Source: Leptospiraceae bacterium (GTDB lineage Bacteria; Spirochaetota; Leptospiria; Leptospirales; Leptonemataceae). From it: a DNA stretch of 64,000 nt. Under the pieces are notes generated by a model. The model saw nothing but the letters and a program-made list of their open reading frames with translations, had not been told where the DNA came from and ran no database searches. Of the stretch, positions 29,284 to 36,983 are shown in pieces. The DNA is taken from assembly GCA_040217195.1 (NCBI GenBank), contig JAVJNR010000005.1, positions 224,001-288,000 of the forward strand, written 5' to 3'. Position numbers and translations under genes: made by a program. Each line of letters begins with the position of its first letter. Position 1 is the first letter of the stretch.

Positions 29284-30270
29284 TTAACTGAACCAGCGCT
29301 TCTCTGCCTCTGCAGGAAGACTTTCGCCAGATACCTTACCACGCTGCACAATGGTCCAGAAACCACGATAGGTAGCACGGTCGTGCAGTTCGCCTTCATA
29401 CTGAATGGGACCCCAGCTAGCATCCTGGGCTGCCAGAAGTACGTTCACCGCCTTTTCTACTTCGGAATGATCGGGCTTCATGGCTTCTACAATTGCATCG
29501 ATTTGAGTGGGATAGATGGACCACATACGCAGAAAACCAAATTCGTAGCGCGCTCTATGTGCATCATCCTTCGTTTGATCATAGTTCTTGAGATCCAGAG
29601 TTACATTATGGGCCGGCACCACACCGTTTGCCAGGGCAGCGGCACACATATTGGATTTGGCTCTTCTAAGAAGTGCATGATCGAACTGCCCGGGGCTTTT
29701 CATGGCTGAAAGTGGGACGGCTCCCAGGTGTCCGGAAACGAAATCCATAAGACCAAAGTCCAGAACCTGCATCCAGGGCAATGATGCGATCTTTTCTACA
29801 TCGCGCAATGCTCCATGGGTTTCAATCAGAACGTGGATTGGAATTTCGCGCTTCAGTCCAGCTTTGGATGCCGTATTCCGAATATAGTCGATCATTTCCT
29901 CTACTTGAGAGGCGGCCGTGGGCTTGGGGATGGTGATGTAGGCAATTTTTTCGCCGGCGCCTTTGATAACGATTTCAGCATCCTGTTTCCAGTGATCGGT
30001 ATGGGTGTAGTCATGGATTCGAACACCGGCCATGCCAAATTCATTTTCCGCGGAGTTTTGCATCCGCACGATCATTTCTGCATGCTCTTTTTCCTGGCCT
30101 GTAGGAGCCCCGTCCTCACAGTCCATGGTAATATCAAAAATAGGACCCTTTTCTTTCTGAAAGCCAAAAGCTTTTCCGATCATTTTTTCATTCCCGGCGA
30201 AATGCTCGCAGCTGGGAATTACCGGGTAGGGTTTCTCACCCGCAAATAATGCTTCATTAGGATGGACCAT
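29284..30270 (-). CDS. HpcH/HpaI aldolase / CitE-like (malyl-CoA lyase/thioesterase) family protein
   Basis: DCEDGA, GVRIHD, IPK, LIETHGAL, FGLMDFVS, MWSIYPTQI. Confidence 0.9.
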   Translation of the reverse strand: MVHPNEALFAGEKPYPVIPSCEHFAGNEKMIGKAFGFQKEKGPIFDITMDCEDGAPTGQEKEHAEMIVRMQNSAENEFGMAGVRIHDYTHTDHWKQDAEIVIKGAGEKIAYITIPKPTAASQVEEMIDYIRNTASKAGLKREIPIHVLIETHGALRDVEKIASLPWMQVLDFGLMDFVSGHLGAVPLSAMKSPGQFDHALLRRAKSNMCAAALANGVVPAHNVTLDLKNYDQTKDDAHRARYEFGFLRMWSIYPTQIDAIVEAMKPDHSEVEKAVNVLLAAQDASWGPIQYEGELHDRATYRGFWTIVQRGKVSGESLPAEAEKRWFS

Positions 30271-30487
30271 AATAATCTCCGTTCTTTCTGGCAGCCCGGA
30301 GGGCTGCGATTTTATGGGCCCACTTTTTTGCGAGCACCTGTGCTGGCCACCGCATTTGAATGTTGAGGCTCCTCACAGTTCGGTGACCCGGGACAAATCC
30401 AGGATAGCATAGAGGCTCCAGGGTACCGGTCCACAGCCACATGCCGGTGTGATTCTTATCCGTGCTGGTTGCGCTTCCAGCCCATGA

Positions 30488-32479
30488 TCAGGGAATGCTA
30501 AATCGGGGTCGAATCAACTGGATCAGGGAATTGCAGTACGTAGCTGATTTTTGTGCCTGCCGAAGGGGCGACCCTTCGGCCAGATGCAACTTGAGGATTC
30601 GTCGGACTTCAAGAATGGCAGGCATGGTAGCATGAACGGAATGATCGCTTTCGACCAGGAGTTCTGAGCGAGCCCCCGGCAAATGGGAGCTTTCATAGGG
30701 CACCACGGAATCTGTGATCCAATCCAGGTCCGTAGCAGAACGACTTCCAATAATAGAATGATAGGGCACTTCCGGTGCAAATGGCTGATTCATGGTTACT
30801 CGCACAAATAGGCTGTCCGGGGACAGACTTTCTATGCCGCTGGGCGGAGCGATAACCGGCGCCTCTTCCTCTCCAGTCATCAGGTCCAGACCTGTGTCAA
30901 ATATCCGGGCCACTCCGGAAGGTAAAGACATGGCTTTTCGGCCCATGTATCCGGCCAGTCCATCGGCAAGTGCGGAGCCGCGATGAGGAGTGGCCAGAAA
31001 GATCACTCGATCCACAAATGGCAACGGATCGTAGTGTGTAACGTTACGCAACAATTCTCTGGTATCTGGATCCAGCAGCTTGAATCGATCTCTTTCAATG
31101 CCGGATTCCAGAATCCAGTCTTCGGTTCTAGATGTCTGTATCATGAGCCGGCCGAGTAGACCACCCATGCTATGTCCAACCAGAAGCATCTGCTGAAACC
31201 CCAGCCTCTGCTTAGCCTGAAGAAGAGTTTTCCTGAGATCCGCTGCGCTAAATTCCACCGGATTGGAAGTAGGATACCAGTACACCCAGAACTGGTATCG
31301 GGAGCGAATCTCCGGATCCGACAGTAGCTCATTGATCATGGTAAACCAGGTCAGAGGCGAAGATGCCAGTCCGTGAACAAATACAACCGGTATCTTCTTC
31401 GCATCGTAAGGATACAGCATATACAGTCCGCTGGTTTCTCCAATGGAATCTCCGTCCAACCGCCTGAACAAAGAATCTCCCTTTTCAGCTCCTGCCAGCA
31501 TATAGGCCATTGGAGAAGACAGATCCACTTCCAGAGGAACCCGCCTGCCATTTAAATCTGCATTGTCTTGACTGAGACTATCTACTATCCGGAGCTCCGC
31601 CTCATACAACTTTCGATCGCTGTGAAAGTAGCTACCATCTTGCTGCAAAAGTGCAGTGGCCGGATAGGCTTGATCTGACTTTCCCAGGTATCTGTACGGC
31701 TTATCCTTGTCTTCTTCGCTATGTTCCGAGGCCAACCTGAAGGAGCGACTCGCCTCCGAGTCTGAATTGCCTTCTCCTAGAGGAGCGGACTTATAAGGAC
31801 GTAGTAATATCAAAGGAGCACCAAGCCCAAAATAGGACTGATGGTTCTCGAATCCGCGAGCTTCATAGTCATAGGCTACTCGGATATGCAAAAAGGACCT
31901 GGGTAAATAATTCACTTCGCTTTGCAGAGTGATTTCCAGGCTCCCTCGCATAAGCGGCAGCCGATGAGAGGCTCCGGTTAGGGCCCTTCTGGAATGAAGG
32001 TGCCGCAGTATCTGGGCAAGAGACCGATTGTAAATATCGATGGCCAGTCTATGAGCTGGATGAAACTCTGAAGGCTTATTTGTTAGTCCAGTATCAAACA
32101 GGTAGCCGCTAGAATACACCAGGGCGGAAGCATTCAAACGGGCAAATGTATCTTCACTTATTTCGTGCTCTTTAGCAGCCTGAAAGGCCAGCTCCGCAGC
32201 ATAGATGGCCAGAATAGCCTCTCCACTGGTTCTCAGTTCTGTATCAATATCCAGAATACATATCAATGGCTCATTGCTACATTTTTCAGCCAGGTTTTCG
32301 CTGAGTACATAACGCCGAGTCATATGGCTTACTTCATCGGAGTTTGTAGAGTTTCGAGATACCGTTCTGCTTTGCTCAAGCGGAGATAGCTCTCGCACAC
32401 CGTATCTGGCACAGCCGGATAGAACAAAAATGGAGAGAATTACATTAAATCGCCGGAAAGGCAAACCGAGCATGGGCAA
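30488..32479 (-). CDS. Lipoprotein alpha/beta hydrolase (esterase/lipase)
   Basis: Lipobox LSGC; VVFVHGLASSP, GHSMGG nucleophile elbow, ATPHRGS, DSVVPYESSHL, terminal His. Confidence 0.88.
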   Translation of the reverse strand: MPMLGLPFRRFNVILSIFVLSGCARYGVRELSPLEQSRTVSRNSTNSDEVSHMTRRYVLSENLAEKCSNEPLICILDIDTELRTSGEAILAIYAAELAFQAAKEHEISEDTFARLNASALVYSSGYLFDTGLTNKPSEFHPAHRLAIDIYNRSLAQILRHLHSRRALTGASHRLPLMRGSLEITLQSEVNYLPRSFLHIRVAYDYEARGFENHQSYFGLGAPLILLRPYKSAPLGEGNSDSEASRSFRLASEHSEEDKDKPYRYLGKSDQAYPATALLQQDGSYFHSDRKLYEAELRIVDSLSQDNADLNGRRVPLEVDLSSPMAYMLAGAEKGDSLFRRLDGDSIGETSGLYMLYPYDAKKIPVVFVHGLASSPLTWFTMINELLSDPEIRSRYQFWVYWYPTSNPVEFSAADLRKTLLQAKQRLGFQQMLLVGHSMGGLLGRLMIQTSRTEDWILESGIERDRFKLLDPDTRELLRNVTHYDPLPFVDRVIFLATPHRGSALADGLAGYMGRKAMSLPSGVARIFDTGLDLMTGEEEAPVIAPPSGIESLSPDSLFVRVTMNQPFAPEVPYHSIIGSRSATDLDWITDSVVPYESSHLPGARSELLVESDHSVHATMPAILEVRRILKLHLAEGSPLRQAQKSATYCNSLIQLIRPRFSIP

Positions 32480-32567
32480 AGGGAAGCGAATCCGGAGTTG
32501 CGGTCAACAATGAAGCTCAAAAAATGCCTTTTGCTGCCCCCCATGGGGCAGCGAGGGCAAGATCCGA

Positions 32568-32942
32568 TTATTGACCTTTCATGTCAGAGATAACGGCTGC
32601 CAACCAGGCTCCGCCTGCGATAGCCAGATCTTTAAAGAAGTTCATCATAGCACCCTGGTCTCCGCCGGCCATTTTTGGTGCATGAATTGTAAGTGCAAAG
32701 ATCAGGATCAAAAGACCCAGAAGGGCTCCAGCCAGCTTGGCAACTTTGGGAATGAAAAGACCCACTCCACCAGCGATCAAACATACTCCAGTGAAATATA
32801 CCCAGATTACTCCGCCGGGAATGGGAACAGCACCCACCATTTGATCAGCACCGGTTAGATGCCCCAGGCCAAAGAATACGGCCATCGCTGCAATCATCGC
32901 TCTACCTGCTACGGGCAGGACTTTTTTTATTACATTATCCAT
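32568..32942 (-). CDS. DoxX family membrane protein
   Basis: Four TMs, GR near the N-terminus, NFFKDLAIAGG; GGAGG RBS. Confidence 0.88.
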   Translation of the reverse strand: MDNVIKKVLPVAGRAMIAAMAVFFGLGHLTGADQMVGAVPIPGGVIWVYFTGVCLIAGGVGLFIPKVAKLAGALLGLLILIFALTIHAPKMAGGDQGAMMNFFKDLAIAGGAWLAAVISDMKGQ

Positions 32943-33088
32943 TGATTTCCTCCAATCATCTTAATTTGGACACTTAGTGCATTCATTGGAGCAAAGGGTT
33001 ACGCACTTTTTTTATCCCGGGCAGAAAAGTCGGATACATTCCTTAAAATGGCATCCAGCAGGCAAAACACTTTGAGTCCAACCAGAGG

Positions 33089-34381
33089 CTACAGGAAGGT
33101 TTGATACGCCATTTTCTTTTTGTCCAACCGTATGACCCGATTACGAGTCAAAAAAATAAGAGTATCATCTATCTGGGCGATAATCATGCCAAGATAGACC
33201 TGTCCATCGTTCATCGTGATTCGCTCGACGTAGGGAAGCTCAAAGGTTCCGGGTAAAAAGCTACCAAGTTCCCGGGGAGCAATCTCAACTTCATCTATGT
33301 AAACTGCATTTGTTGGATTGGCGCAGGTTCCCGGCCCTTTGCTTTGTATTTCCCTGGAAAATTCGCCAAAGCCCTGACGCAGCACTGTCCGGACTGTTAA
33401 TCGAACTCTGGAGAGCCTCTTTACCTGGATACAAATTCCATCTGGCCCGTATTGATGACTTCTAGCATGAGATATACCATTATAGTCCAGTCCATGCGCC
33501 AGAATGGCCGGGGCTGAAATAACCTTCCCATTCTTATCGCGAACCCTTCTAACAATAATCGGAGCCTGCTCTTCAATAGGTGCATCCACATTCCAGTAAG
33601 AAAGATGCGGAATTCTTGCATCCACCCAGTACCTGCCATCCCGCCTTACCAGAGGAGCTTCCATTTCTTCTTTCCACTTTCCTGAAGTCTCATCGAAGCT
33701 CCAGAGAGTCGCATGAGTCTGACCGGGTTCCACTTCCCCCTGGAAAGGAATCATTACTTGAATGGTTTTCCCTTCCTGGATCTGCAATTCCTTCCCGTCC
33801 GAAAGTGCCGTAAGCTCAAAAGCACCAAAGGACTCCAGTTCCACCGAATTTCCTTGCGAATCCGCGGCGCTAAAGTCCCCGGGCATTGCAAAGACCATAT
33901 CGCTTTTGACATCAATGTGGGACCGCCGAATAGTCAGTGTTTGTCCTTCTTCCAACCCTTCGAATGTATCTGGTGGAATGAGCACATCCATGGAAGAATC
34001 AAAAAACTTGATTTCCCCACCGTCGTATTCAAAGTCGCTGGACAAAGCCGGCAACAGTGGGACAATTACAGGATTAACGGTATCGGGGAATGCGGATACC
34101 ACGGATCGGTATGGTGAAAATCCCTCGGCTGAAATGACCAGGGTAAAGTCCCCGGCGGGCAGATTCTTGAACACAACAACCGGAAGGCCATTTGCAGATT
34201 TTTCCTTATTCCCGATGCGAATGACTGTGTCTTCCGGTATGCTTTTCGATCCGGTATCCAGGACAATGACCAATCCAGAATCAGGACCTGCGGTTGAGGA
34301 GGATCGATCCAGGAGTTGACAATTCTGGAGCCATATTAGAAAGATTAATAAGGAAGTGAGAATAAAAAGCCTGGATCGCAT
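33089..34381 (-). CDS. Lipoprotein with carboxypeptidase-regulatory-like Ig domain and HLS-W motif domain
   Basis: GGAGG RBS before ATG 34381; lipobox LQNC; LESFGAFEL, LWSFDETSGKWKEE, IPHLSYWNVD. Confidence 0.75.
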   Translation of the reverse strand: MRSRLFILTSLLIFLIWLQNCQLLDRSSSTAGPDSGLVIVLDTGSKSIPEDTVIRIGNKEKSANGLPVVVFKNLPAGDFTLVISAEGFSPYRSVVSAFPDTVNPVIVPLLPALSSDFEYDGGEIKFFDSSMDVLIPPDTFEGLEEGQTLTIRRSHIDVKSDMVFAMPGDFSAADSQGNSVELESFGAFELTALSDGKELQIQEGKTIQVMIPFQGEVEPGQTHATLWSFDETSGKWKEEMEAPLVRRDGRYWVDARIPHLSYWNVDAPIEEQAPIIVRRVRDKNGKVISAPAILAHGLDYNGISHARSHQYGPDGICIQVKRLSRVRLTVRTVLRQGFGEFSREIQSKGPGTCANPTNAVYIDEVEIAPRELGSFLPGTFELPYVERITMNDGQVYLGMIIAQIDDTLIFLTRNRVIRLDKKKMAYQTFL

Positions 34382-34427
34382 TAGACCTCCGGCCGCTAAA
34401 GGCACCGGAGAACCGAATTAGCCATGG

Positions 34428-34706
34428 CTACCCATGACGCTTTTCAAGTTCTTTTACGATATCCTTAAGCGATACGCCTTCGTTGACTAGATTTACCATT
34501 AAATGAAACAATAGATCTGCGGATTCATGCACTATTTCTTTATGATCATGATTCTTGGAGGCCAGTAGAACCTCGCCAGCTTCTTCGGTAATCTTTTTTA
34601 ATATGCGGTCTTCCCCATCCCGGAAAAGATTCGCAGTGTAGGATTTTTCCGGAAGTTGTTCCTTTCTTTCTTTCAGTACCTGCTCTAGTTTCAGTAAGAA
34701 TTCCAT
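34428..34706 (-). CDS. hisE: Phosphoribosyl-ATP pyrophosphohydrolase
   Basis: [36 protein letters not shown]. Confidence 0.95.
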   Translation of the reverse strand: MEFLLKLEQVLKERKEQLPEKSYTANLFRDGEDRILKKITEEAGEVLLASKNHDHKEIVHESADLLFHLMVNLVNEGVSLKDIVKELEKRHG

Positions 34707-34822
34707 AATTTCCTCTATTATCTGCTGCTTTTTGTTCCGTGATTGGAAGCTCTGATCCGTCCTGTGTTTGTTCCGCTACTCCGGGATCCTTTCTTTCCAG
34801 TTACCTTGTTGAATACTCAGGA

Positions 34823-35587
34823 CTATGAAGCCAATCGGACAGAAATACCCCGGCTTGCCATGGTTTTTTTTACTTCCTTAATGGAATGAGTGCGAAAATG
34901 AAATATGGAAGCTGCAAGAACTGCATCCACGTCCGTTTGCTCCACCACTTCCACCAGGTGCTCCGCCGATCCGGCTCCCCCACTGGCAATCACAGGAAGC
35001 TGAACAGCCTCTCTCACCGCTCTGGTAAGCTCCAGATCGTAACCATCTCTGGTGCCATCTTTATCCATACTGGTAAGCAAAATCTCGCCGGCTCCTCGCT
35101 GCTCCGCATTTTTGGCCCATTCCACAGCATCAACACCGGTGGAAGTGCGCCCTCCGTGAAGGAAAACTTCAAAGCCACCGGTATCTGTCCTTCGAGCATC
35201 GATGGCGCATACTATGCACTGACTTCCGAAAATTCGAGAGGCATCCGAAAGAACCTGCGGATTTTCAAAGGCCGCGGTATTTAAAGAGACCTTATCCGCG
35301 CCAGCATGGAGCATTAGTTCCACATCTGCTGCTGTGCGAATGCCGCCGCCCACAGTGAATGGAATAAAAATTCGATCTGCAACTCGCTCCACCAGGTCAC
35401 GAACGATGTTGCGACGATCCGAAGAAGCGGTTATATCCAGAAAACAAAGCTCATCCGCCCCTTCCTGAGCGTAAAAAGCAGCATTCTCCACTGGATCTCC
35501 AGCATCTCGAAAATCCACGAAATTGACGCCTTTCACTACCCGACCGTCTTTGATATCCAGACAGGGTATAATCCTTGTAGATAGCAT
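34823..35587 (-). CDS. hisF: Imidazole glycerol phosphate synthase cyclase subunit
   Basis: [56 protein letters not shown]. Confidence 0.98.
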   Translation of the reverse strand: MLSTRIIPCLDIKDGRVVKGVNFVDFRDAGDPVENAAFYAQEGADELCFLDITASSDRRNIVRDLVERVADRIFIPFTVGGGIRTAADVELMLHAGADKVSLNTAAFENPQVLSDASRIFGSQCIVCAIDARRTDTGGFEVFLHGGRTSTGVDAVEWAKNAEQRGAGEILLTSMDKDGTRDGYDLELTRAVREAVQLPVIASGGAGSAEHLVEVVEQTDVDAVLAASIFHFRTHSIKEVKKTMASRGISVRLAS

Positions 35588-35597
35588 TTCGAATACC

Positions 35598-35628
35598 CCC
35601 GTTTACTCCCTATTTCACCCGTTTACTC
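35598..35628. promoter_or_regulatory. Direct repeat CCCGTTTACTC x2 (20-bp spacing) upstream of hisF
   Basis: Exact 11-mers at 35598-35608 and 35618-35628. Confidence 0.4.
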
Positions 35629-35672
35629 TCTCCAGTTGGCAAGCATGGGTCTTCATGATAGTATAATGGCAC

Positions 35673-35779
35673 GGCAGAGGGGCATTACCGACGCCAGGGA
35701 AGCACTCAGCCCATTCGAGCCCCTCTGTCAACCTTTCAGGGATCTCCCTACGGGGCGGCTGCCAGCCGCCCTTTCTTTT
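35673..35779 (+). ncRNA. Candidate ~105-nt small RNA
   Basis: TATAAT at 35662-35667; 11-bp stem 35673-35683/35719-35729; small hairpin 35738-35749; + strand terminator, although both flanking genes are on the minus strand. Confidence 0.5.
35753..35779 (+). terminator. Intrinsic terminator of the candidate sRNA
   Basis: GGGCGGCT-GCC-AGCCGCCC followed by TTTCTTTT. Confidence 0.75.
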
Positions 35780-35823
35780 GTACAGTGTAGGCCGCCCAAC
35801 TGTCATTTTGGCACCTCAACCCT

Positions 35824-36930
35824 TTATAGACGATTGGACAGAGCCCTGAATAGTCTTTGAATATCAAATTCGTCTTCCGCTCTGCGGCGACTCTCGGTGG
35901 AAAAATCCTTTCTCAGTGGAGATTCATTGATTAATCGCCTCAAACATCGAGCCAGGTCATCAGCATTCCGGTCCTCAGCCAGTAGTCCGGTGGCTTCATC
36001 CATTACCAGTTCAGACATACCTCCGCCCTTTATCGAAACAACCGGCAATCCGAATCGTCCTGCTTCCATAGCCGTGAAGCTAAAATTGTCCGGCTCCAGA
36101 CGACCTGGGTCGAAGAAAATATCTGCCTTCTGCAGAAGGCCACCCAGCTCCTCGTCTGAAAGAAAGCCGGTAAATGTGATCTGCGGCTCCCTCTTATGGA
36201 TTCGCATGAGCTCGTTCAGGTAGGAGTATTCCGGTCCGCTTCCAGCGATGATCCAATGAACCTGGTCTTTCAAGTCTTCCAGATGATCCATAACAGGAAA
36301 CAGAAGCTCCAGTCCTCTGGATCGAACCAGCGGGCCTACAGTAACAATGACGATTTTCTTTTTGATTCTATTTATCAGTCCCTCTGGACGATTTGGAAAA
36401 GGAAGCTTCCCATCCGGCCAGCGGAAGTCCAGGGCCGGAGGCAGAGCAATCATTTTCTCCCTATCCACGCCTTTCCTTGCAAATTGATCCAGCAGATAGC
36501 GCGACAGTGTAAAAACATATCGGGCTCGATTGAGAACCTTACGATTTCCCGCCTTGATCAATGATACCGCCGGAAGATCTGCAGAGTACAGGAGCACTCC
36601 CCAGGGCAGATTGTACTCCTGTGCTACGGTGGCACCAATCCGGGTGCTGCCTGTGATGGCTCCTAGCAGGAGTGCATCCGGTTGAAAAGCGCGAATACGA
36701 TGAGCCACAAACTGGTGGAATTCACGAGTCTTATTAGAAGAAATACGATGTACCGGAAATCCCAGCCGGCTATCGAACTGCATTCTGTGATTCCGTGTGC
36801 TTATAGAAACATCGGGTGCAATCACTTCAATTCTGTCCGGGTCCCAGAGTCGGGACAGACCGGTATTCAGACCCTCTACGCCGCCTGGCTCAGGCCTAAA
36901 ATAATCACTTATGAACAGGATCCGCTTCAT
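35824..36930 (-). CDS. GT4 glycosyltransferase (PimB-like), divergent donor-binding motifs
   Basis: ILFISDYFRPEPGGVE, VGPLVRSRG, IAGSGPE, FTGFLSDEEL, DNFSFTAMEAGRFGLPVV. Confidence 0.85.
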   Translation of the reverse strand: MKRILFISDYFRPEPGGVEGLNTGLSRLWDPDRIEVIAPDVSISTRNHRMQFDSRLGFPVHRISSNKTREFHQFVAHRIRAFQPDALLLGAITGSTRIGATVAQEYNLPWGVLLYSADLPAVSLIKAGNRKVLNRARYVFTLSRYLLDQFARKGVDREKMIALPPALDFRWPDGKLPFPNRPEGLINRIKKKIVIVTVGPLVRSRGLELLFPVMDHLEDLKDQVHWIIAGSGPEYSYLNELMRIHKREPQITFTGFLSDEELGGLLQKADIFFDPGRLEPDNFSFTAMEAGRFGLPVVSIKGGGMSELVMDEATGLLAEDRNADDLARCLRRLINESPLRKDFSTESRRRAEDEFDIQRLFRALSNRL

Positions 36931-36954
36931 ACCTGGTTAACGATTTAGCTCTAT

Positions 36955-36983
36955 TTGACACTGGAGCAATATGGGCCTACCAT
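36955..36983 (+). promoter_or_regulatory. Sigma70-type promoter candidate for the envelope operon
   Basis: TTGACA (36955-36960), 17-nt spacer, TACCAT (36978-36983). Would favour the in-frame GTG at 36995 as the start codon. Confidence 0.55.

Noticed and set aside
35673..35779. SRP RNA, tRNA or ZTP riboswitch identity for the sRNA candidate
   Set aside because: CCAGGGAAGCA lacks the SRP GNRA-capped helix, no cloverleaf forms despite TTCGAG, and the 5' half of the ZTP aptamer is absent.
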